A stretch of DNA of 63,367 nucleotides, counting the filler, from Guillardia theta CCMP2712 (lineage: Eukaryota > Protista > Cryptophyta): the NCBI RefSeq assembly GCF_000315625.1. It is 5 parts of 5 records of this genome, joined end to end, with 100 filler letters (N's around TTAATTAATTAA, not from the genome) between each part and the next. Parts side by side here need not be neighbours in the genome. Positions count along the whole stretch, not along the records: positions 30,311 to 55,541 come from NW_005434563.1; positions 55,642 to 60,651 come from NW_005434181.1; positions 60,752 to 63,367 come from NW_005434654.1; 2 more parts are not named here. One strand, given 5' to 3'. Below, one piece after another: positions 54,793-63,367 of this stretch. The notes below the pieces were generated by a model. It ran no database searches, had not been told where the DNA came from, and saw nothing but the letters and a program-made list of their open reading frames with translations. The position numbers were made by a program, and so were the translations under genes. How positions within the stretch are numbered: the stretch's first letter is position 1; each line of letters opens with the position of its first letter.

Positions 54793-55541
54793 GTGGTGGG
54801 GTGATGGTGTAGGGGGAGACGGCTTTGTAGAAGAAGGCGAGGAGAAGGAAGAGAAAGCAAGAAGAATGGAGACAAGGAGGATGAAGAAAGGAAGGGAGAA
54901 GGGGGAGGACAAAGAGGAGGGAGAAGAGAGAAGGAGGACAAAGAGGAGGGAGATGGACGGAAGAGGTACGAGATAAACGTCAGACTCACTTCTCCTCCGT
55001 GCATGTACTTGGCGTATAGAAACGCGTCGCAATTTTTCCCCCCTGTGAGGAGGGAAATCAAGAGAGTCTAAATGAAAGATGAAGACACAGAAGACACACT
55101 ACTTTGTAACAGCAGAAGCAGCAGAAGGAGAAGAAGAAGAAGAAGAAGCAGACAGAAGCAGAGGCAGGGGCAGCAGAAGCAGGGGCAGAAGAAGAAGAAG
55201 AAGAAGAAAAGTAGGAAGGAGAGCATTAAACAACGATCTTGCAGGTAGAAGCTATTCGATAGTCACCGATCACATAAAAATCTGGAATTCTTTTCAGTCT
55301 GACAAATCCATTGTCTTCGTAAAACTTAACAGCAATCTGTAACATGACAACAAAACTCAGATTTGAAATCTCCATTCATCTCCCCATCCAACTCCCGCTC
55401 TCCTTTCATGATCCTACTTCCCCTTTCCACCTTCTGCCCCACCTACCCTGTCTTGCTCCCAATCCTCCTCCTCCTCCTCCTCCTCTTTGTCCTCCCCCTC
55501 CCCATCTCCCTTTCCTCACCTGATTCGTCGTCAGCACGTGT
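54019..55541 (-). CDS. NAA60: N-alpha-acetyltransferase 60 (NatF), C-terminal part; 5' portion cut by contig end, 3' end uncertain
   Basis: Spliced HVLTTNQ|IAVKFYEDNGFVRLKRIPDFYVI|GGKNCDAFLYAKYMHGG matches the recalled NAA60 pattern HVLTTNNTAINFYE...YYYSI.G...DGFTYVLYINGG. Confidence 0.8.
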
Positions 55542-55641
55542 NNNNNNNNNNNNNNNNNNNNNNNNNNNNNNNNNNNNNNNNNNNNTTAATTAATTAANNN
55601 NNNNNNNNNNNNNNNNNNNNNNNNNNNNNNNNNNNNNNNNN
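55542..55641. other. Artificial contig linker
   Basis: N44-TTAATTAATTAA-N44. Confidence 0.97.
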
Positions 55642-55730
55642 CGAGGACTCCTCTGCAAGTGAGGACGCATGCACAGAAGTACTTCATGAAGCTGAGCACG
55701 GGGAGCAAGCGAGGGGGGAGGATGCAGTAG
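55642..55730 (+). CDS. SHAQKYF-class MYB, copy 0 (3' fragment at contig start)
   Basis: RTPLQVRTHAQKYFMKLSTGSKRGGRMQ*. Confidence 0.85.
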
Positions 55731-56492
55731 GGTAGGGAGGGAGAGGGCGCTGATGTAAATAAAGGAAGTGACGCTTGCCCGAGAGAGTGCGCCGCACATC
55801 CCGCTGACGGAGCAGCGCCGAGAGGGACATTGGTACAGGCAGGTTGGCTGACGAGACCGCTGGGATGGAGGGGAGAGAGACTGGGGCTGAGCTGAGGGCG
55901 AGGGCATGACGAGGGGGGGAGAGGGGGAAGCTGCAGGCGCAGTGGCTGATCAGATCGGGTCGTGTTGACTAGGCAAGTCTCCGTGAAGTGTTGACTGTAA
56001 GCACATCCCTTCGTGGCTCGAGTCTCAGGCTTGGCCTCGAACAGTGGTCTCAATAATGTGAGGAAAGACCTGATCTTGTTATGTACTTTTGCATTTCCAC
56101 ACAGAGCAGCTGTCAATGATCTGCAGTTTGAACGCGCAGCAAAGCAGTGAAGCTCCTAGAGAGAAACATCTATGTGAAACGGAAATATCCGATTGGACGG
56201 AAATATCCGAATCGAAACATCTCTGTGGAAGCGAGGATTTGAATTTTCAAAACCAAGGATTTGAATTTTCACAGTAGAACAACGAAAAGTACAATTCTTG
56301 GGACGTCAGGAACGGAAACATCCGATTTGACTTTCGGAAAGGAATATCAAGGATTCGCAGCGTTTCAGAATAGCTTTACAACTGCCAATCGAAGCCTTTC
56401 GGGCTCGGGGATGACTGATGTTATTTACTACAGGACGCTGCCTCAATAAAAATAAGGGTGAACCTCTTCCCTGCCATCACCATCTTGACGCC

Positions 56493-57053
56493 ATGCCCCC
56501 TGCCTGCTCCCCCTGCTCTGTCGACGAGGCCGTCGACGCCCTGTGCAGCCGCCCATGGCGCTCTCCGTGCGACGACCTCGACATGGCATCCTTCCTCTCC
56601 TCCTACCTCCACGACACTCCCCTCGTCGCCGAGGAGGCTGCGGTTCAAGCCGACGCGTCAGCGTGCCACGCAGGCTGGGCAGGGGCGGCGGCGGCTGGCA
56701 GGCCTGAGGCCCCGAGCGAGCCGTCAGAGGCGTCGTCTGCGAGCGACAGCGACAGCCCGGCGAGCATCCCGGCGTCCCCGAAGGAGGCGGAGAAGTCAAG
56801 GACGCAGTACAACCAGAGCCAGTGGACGCAGGAGGAGCACAAGCGGTTTGTGGAGGCGCTGGCAAGGTACCAGCAGCTGGGGAGCCGACGGGACCCGGTC
56901 ACGGGCAAGGTGTCGGTAGGGCTTGGAGCCGGAGTGGCGAAGCAGGTAGCGGCGCTTGTGGGAACGAGGACTCCTCTGCAAGTGAGGACGCATGCACAGA
57001 AGTACTTCATGAAGCTGAGCACGGGGAGCAAGCGAGGGGGGAGGATGCAGTAG
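56493..57053 (+). CDS. SHAQKYF-class single-repeat MYB transcription factor, copy 1
   Basis: WTQEEHKRFVEAL...VGTRTPLQVRTHAQKYF; intronless. Confidence 0.9.
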   Translation: MPPACSPCSVDEAVDALCSRPWRSPCDDLDMASFLSSYLHDTPLVAEEAAVQADASACHAGWAGAAAAGRPEAPSEPSEASSASDSDSPASIPASPKEAEKSRTQYNQSQWTQEEHKRFVEALARYQQLGSRRDPVTGKVSVGLGAGVAKQVAALVGTRTPLQVRTHAQKYFMKLSTGSKRGGRMQ

Positions 57054-57667
57054 GGTAGGGAGGGAGAGGGCGCTGATGTAAATAAAGGAAGTGACGCTTG
57101 CCCGAGAGAGTGCGCCGCACATCCCGCTGACGCAGCAGCGCCGAGAGGGACATTGGTACAGGCAGGTTGGCTGACGAGACCGCTGGGATGGAGGGGAGAG
57201 AGACTGGGGCTGAGCTGAGGGCGAGGACATGACGATGGGGGGAGGGGGGATGCTGCAGGCGCAGTGGCTGATCAGATCAGGTCGTGTTGACTGGGCTAGT
57301 CTCTGTCGTTGCTTGACAGAGGGAGAGAGCAGTCAGAAGCGCAGGAAGACCAGATCAATGATAAAAGTACCATTTCCCTGACTAGCTAGTCAAGGCGATG
57401 CGGCCACTGAGCAGTGCGAATGGAAGGGCAGATGAAAAAGTCTTGGTACGTGACCTGCTGACTCAAGGACTGAAAGGTCCGACACTCCGAACGCATATCA
57501 AGGCTTCGCAGCGCTTCAGAATATCTTATAGCAACGTGATATTGTCATTGCAACTCACAACATTCGCAGCCTTTCGGGCTCGGGTATCACTGTTTCTTTA
57601 CTACAGGACGCTGCCTCCATATAAAAACAAGGTCAACCCTCTCCCCCGCCATCACCGTCTTGACGCC

Positions 57668-58246
57668 ATGTCGCCATGCCCGACTCTCTCCCTTTCCTGC
57701 TCCCCCTGCTCTGTCGACGAGGCCGTCGACGCCCTGTGCAGCCGCCCATGGCGCTCTCCATGCGACGACCTCGACATGGCATCCTTCCTCTCCTCCTACC
57801 TCCACGATACTCCCCTCGTCGCCAAGGAGGCTGCGGTCCAAGCCGACGCGTCAGCGTGCCACGCAGGCTGGGCAGGGGCAGCGGCGGCGGGCAGGCCTGA
57901 GGCCCCGAGCGAGCCGTCAGAGGCGTCGTCTGCGAACGACAGCGACAGCCCGGCGAGCATCCCGGCGTCCCCGAAGGAGGCGGAGAAGTCAAGGACGCAG
58001 TACAACCAGAGCCAGTGGACGCAGGAGGAGCACAAGCGGTTTGTGGAGGCGCTGGCAAGGTACCAGCAGCTGGGGAGCCGACGGGACCCGGTCACGGGCA
58101 AGGTGTCGGTAGGGCTTGGAGCCGGAGTGGCGAAGCAGGTAGCGGCGCTTGTGGGAACGAGGACTCCTCTGCAAGTGAGGACGCATGCACAGAAGTACTT
58201 CATGAAGCTGAGCACGGGGAGCAAGCGAGGGGGGAGGATGCAGTAG
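57668..58246 (+). CDS. SHAQKYF-class MYB, copy 2
   Basis: As copy 1; TATAAAA at 57620 supports the ATG at 57668. Confidence 0.9.
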   Translation: MSPCPTLSLSCSPCSVDEAVDALCSRPWRSPCDDLDMASFLSSYLHDTPLVAKEAAVQADASACHAGWAGAAAAGRPEAPSEPSEASSANDSDSPASIPASPKEAEKSRTQYNQSQWTQEEHKRFVEALARYQQLGSRRDPVTGKVSVGLGAGVAKQVAALVGTRTPLQVRTHAQKYFMKLSTGSKRGGRMQ

Positions 58247-58860
58247 GGTAGGGAGGGAGAGGGCGCTGATGTAAATAAAGGAAGTGACGCTTGCCCGAGA
58301 GAGTGCGCCGCACATCCCGCTGACGCAGCAGCGCCGAGAGGGACATTGGTACAGGCAGGTTGGCTGACGAGACCGCTGGGATGGAGGGGAGAGAGACTGG
58401 GGCTGAGCTGAGGGCGAGGACATGACGATGGGGGGAGGGGGGATGCTGCAGGCGCAGTGGCTGATCAGATCAGGTCGTGTTGACTGGGCTAGTCTCTGTC
58501 GTTGCTTGACAGAGGGAGAGAGCAGTCAGAAGCGCAGGAAGACCAGATCAATGATAAAAGTACCATTTCCCTGACTAGCTAGTCAAGGCGATGCGGCCAC
58601 TGAGCAGTGCGAATGGAAGGGCAGATGAAAAAGTCTTGGTACGTGACCTGCTGACTCAAGGACTGAAAGGTCCGACACTCCGAACGCATATCAAGGCTTC
58701 GCAGCGCTTCAGAATATCTTATAGCAACGTGATATTGTCATTGCAACTCACAACATTCGCAGCCTTTCGGGCTCGGGTATCACTGTTTCTTTACTACAGG
58801 ACGCTGCCTCCATATAAAAACAAGGTCAACCCTCTCCCCCGCCATCACCGTCTTGACGCC

Positions 58861-59436
58861 ATGTCGCCATGCCCGACTCTCTCCCTTTCCTGCTCCCCCT
58901 GCTCTGTCGACGAGGCCGTCGACGCCCTGTGCAGCCGCCCATGGCGCTCTCCATGCGACGACCTCGACATGGCATCCTTCCTCTCCTCCTACCTCCACGA
59001 CACTCCCCTCGTCGCCAAGGAGGCTGCGGTCCAAGCCGACGCGTCAGCGTGCCACGCAGGCTGGGCGGCGGCAGCGGCTGGCAGGCCTGAGGCCCCGAGC
59101 GAGCCGTCAGAGGCGTCGTCTGCGAGCGACAGCGACAGCCCGGCGAGCATCCCGGCGTCCCCCAAGGAGGCGGAGAAGACAAGGACGCAGTACAACCAGA
59201 GCCAGTGGACGCAGGAGGAGCACAAGCGGTTTGTGGAGGCGCTGGCAAGGTACCAGCAGCTGGGGAGCCGACGGGACCCGGTCACGGGCAAGGTGTCGGT
59301 AGGGCTTGGAGCCGGAGTGGCGAAGCAGGTAGCGGCGCTTGTGGGAACGAGGACTCCTCTGCAAGTGAGGACGCATGCACAGAAGTACTTCATGAAGCTG
59401 AGCACGGGGAGCAAGCGAGGGGGGAGGATGCAGTAG
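58861..59436 (+). CDS. SHAQKYF-class MYB, copy 3
   Basis: As copy 2; TATAAAA at 58813. Confidence 0.9.
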   Translation: MSPCPTLSLSCSPCSVDEAVDALCSRPWRSPCDDLDMASFLSSYLHDTPLVAKEAAVQADASACHAGWAAAAAGRPEAPSEPSEASSASDSDSPASIPASPKEAEKTRTQYNQSQWTQEEHKRFVEALARYQQLGSRRDPVTGKVSVGLGAGVAKQVAALVGTRTPLQVRTHAQKYFMKLSTGSKRGGRMQ

Positions 59437-60651
59437 GGTAGGGAGGGAGAGGGCGCTGATGTAAATAAAGGAAGTGACGCTTGCCCGAGAGAGTGCGCCG
59501 CACATCCCGCTGACGCAGCAGCGCCGGGAGGGACATTGGTACAGGCAGGTTGGCTGACGAGACCGCTGGGATGGAGGGGAGAGAGGCTGGGGCTGAGCTG
59601 AGGGCGAGGGCATGACGATGGGGAGAGGGAGGATGCTGCAGGCGCAGTGGCTGATCAGATCGGGTCGTGTTGACTAGGCTAGTCCAGGTGAAATCAAATC
59701 TTTGTTATTTTGGTGACATATTGTGTTGTCCAAGAGATGTTGTATCGATCAGCATCAAGTCAGTAGGGAAGGGATCATTGACGTCCTGTGGTATCGCATC
59801 CTTCTTGCTCGTTGGGACCCTGCATGGCCGAGCGCCGCTCTGCGGCGGCTGTGCATCCTTGTTCGCAAGTTTCTAATGACTAAAGAGACTTGCAGGCCCG
59901 CCTCGGACTGTTCTAGATAGAAGTCGATGAGTAATAATTTTCTGTGATGCTCAGGTCCAGAAAAGCCGTTGAGAAGTCCAGTGCTAGATCGAAAAAAAAC
60001 ACTCACAACACCCCTCATGGCCTTACAGCCTCAAACTCAGATAATTGAGGGGGTAGTGTTCATGGGTATTTTCGTATGTTGAGCTCGTGTTCCCCTTGTC
60101 CCCTCTGACATGCGAGAGTCAGTGAGCCCTTGGGCCATCCAACACTGATGAATGCGCAACATGAAGGCGGGAGAGCGATTGAGGAGGGGGGAGGAGACTT
60201 ACCTCGAGTAAGGAGGAGCTGAAGGAACTAGGCGAGGACGGGAAAGGCTTCGAAAGGCACGCTGAGGAGAAAGAGGACAAGTGAGGGGTCGATAGAGGTG
60301 GAGAAAGAGGAGGAGGAGGAGGAGGAGGAGGAGGATGACGAGGATAAAGACGAAGAGGATGCATGTATATGCAGATACGTCGGGCAAGACCCCGCGGACT
60401 CTGCCAGGAGTTAGAGAAGAACAAGACGATATGACAAAGCTGGACATCGTTTGAGCTGGCAGATGTAAAAATGTTTCCGATGATGGCACCAAGATGAAGA
60501 TGAATATAGAATGCAAGCGTCTAGTTGACAGATGCCTGCAGGCGAATCTCAGCCATGGCAACGAGGTACAACCAGCACGGGATCCGAGGAGGGCAGTTCA
60601 CAAGAGCAAAGATTCAGCACAGCAGGGATCTGTTCAAGGAGCACGAGGCGC

Positions 60652-60751
60652 NNNNNNNNNNNNNNNNNNNNNNNNNNNNNNNNNNNNNNNNNNNNTTAAT
60701 TAATTAANNNNNNNNNNNNNNNNNNNNNNNNNNNNNNNNNNNNNNNNNNNN
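60652..60751. other. Artificial contig linker
   Basis: N44-TTAATTAATTAA-N44. Confidence 0.97.
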
Positions 60752-60909
60752 CCGGACATAGTTTCTCTAATGTTTTACGGCTGGGACCTATGATTGAGTG
60801 AGTGAGTGAGTGAGTGAGTGAAGAAGGTAGGGAAGAAGGGAGAGAAGAAGGGAGGGAGAAAGGAAAGGAGGGGGGGAGGGAGGGGAAGGAGGGAGGGAGG
60901 ATGCGAGGA

Positions 60910-63234
<2,325 letters not shown>

Positions 63235-63367
63235 CAATCTGACTGAGAGCAGGAGACGGGAGGAGGAGGAGGATGAGGATGAGGATGAGGATGAGGATGA
63301 GGAGGAGGAGGAGGAGGAGGAGGAGGAGGAGAAGGAGAAGGAGGAGGAGGAGGAGGTGGCGGGGGCG

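Noticed and set aside
57398-57667. N-terminal extension of MYB copies 2 and 3 (282/281-aa ORFs)
   Set aside because: The region contains the TATA box and is not conserved in copy 1; the downstream ATG is more plausible.
60119-60651. Possible gene fragment before the last linker
   Set aside because: No consistent spliced frame or domain could be established.

Overview
Eukaryotic nuclear DNA with many short (~40-60 nt) GT-AG introns and long purine- or pyrimidine-rich intronic tracts. A cryptophyte alga (Guillardia/Hanusia-like) is the best inference, from a signal-peptide + A-F-A-P plastid presequence, an HTH family I recall as cryptophyte-expanded, and a PstS-kinase-cyclase receptor. The window is five separate sequence pieces joined by artificial N44-TTAATTAATTAA-N44 six-frame-stop linkers (25424-25523, 30211-30310, 55542-55641, 60652-60751), plus internal N gaps, so adjacency across linkers may not be biological. 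Genes, read by hand-splicing: a dual-acylated Trp-rich/zinc-ribbon protein, a degenerate dual-specificity phosphatase, a CCDC177-like coiled-coil protein, a signal-peptide CBM48 protein, a BTB-BACK-LRR protein, a receptor, an EF-hand protein, RMI1, a large LRR/Sfi1-like protein, plastid-targeted FabB, two tandem HTH paralogs, a stalked carboxylesterase, a partial NAA60, a tandem array of at least 4 SHAQKYF-class MYB genes, and a class-3 lipase. The most striking system is the receptor at ~14990-20018. It has an apparently circularly permuted PstS phosphate-binding ectodomain, an intact TKL kinase and a catalytically degenerate guanylyl cyclase, the inverse of animal receptor guanylyl cyclases. 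Exon boundaries are manual inferences, and domain calls come from motif recognition, not database searches.
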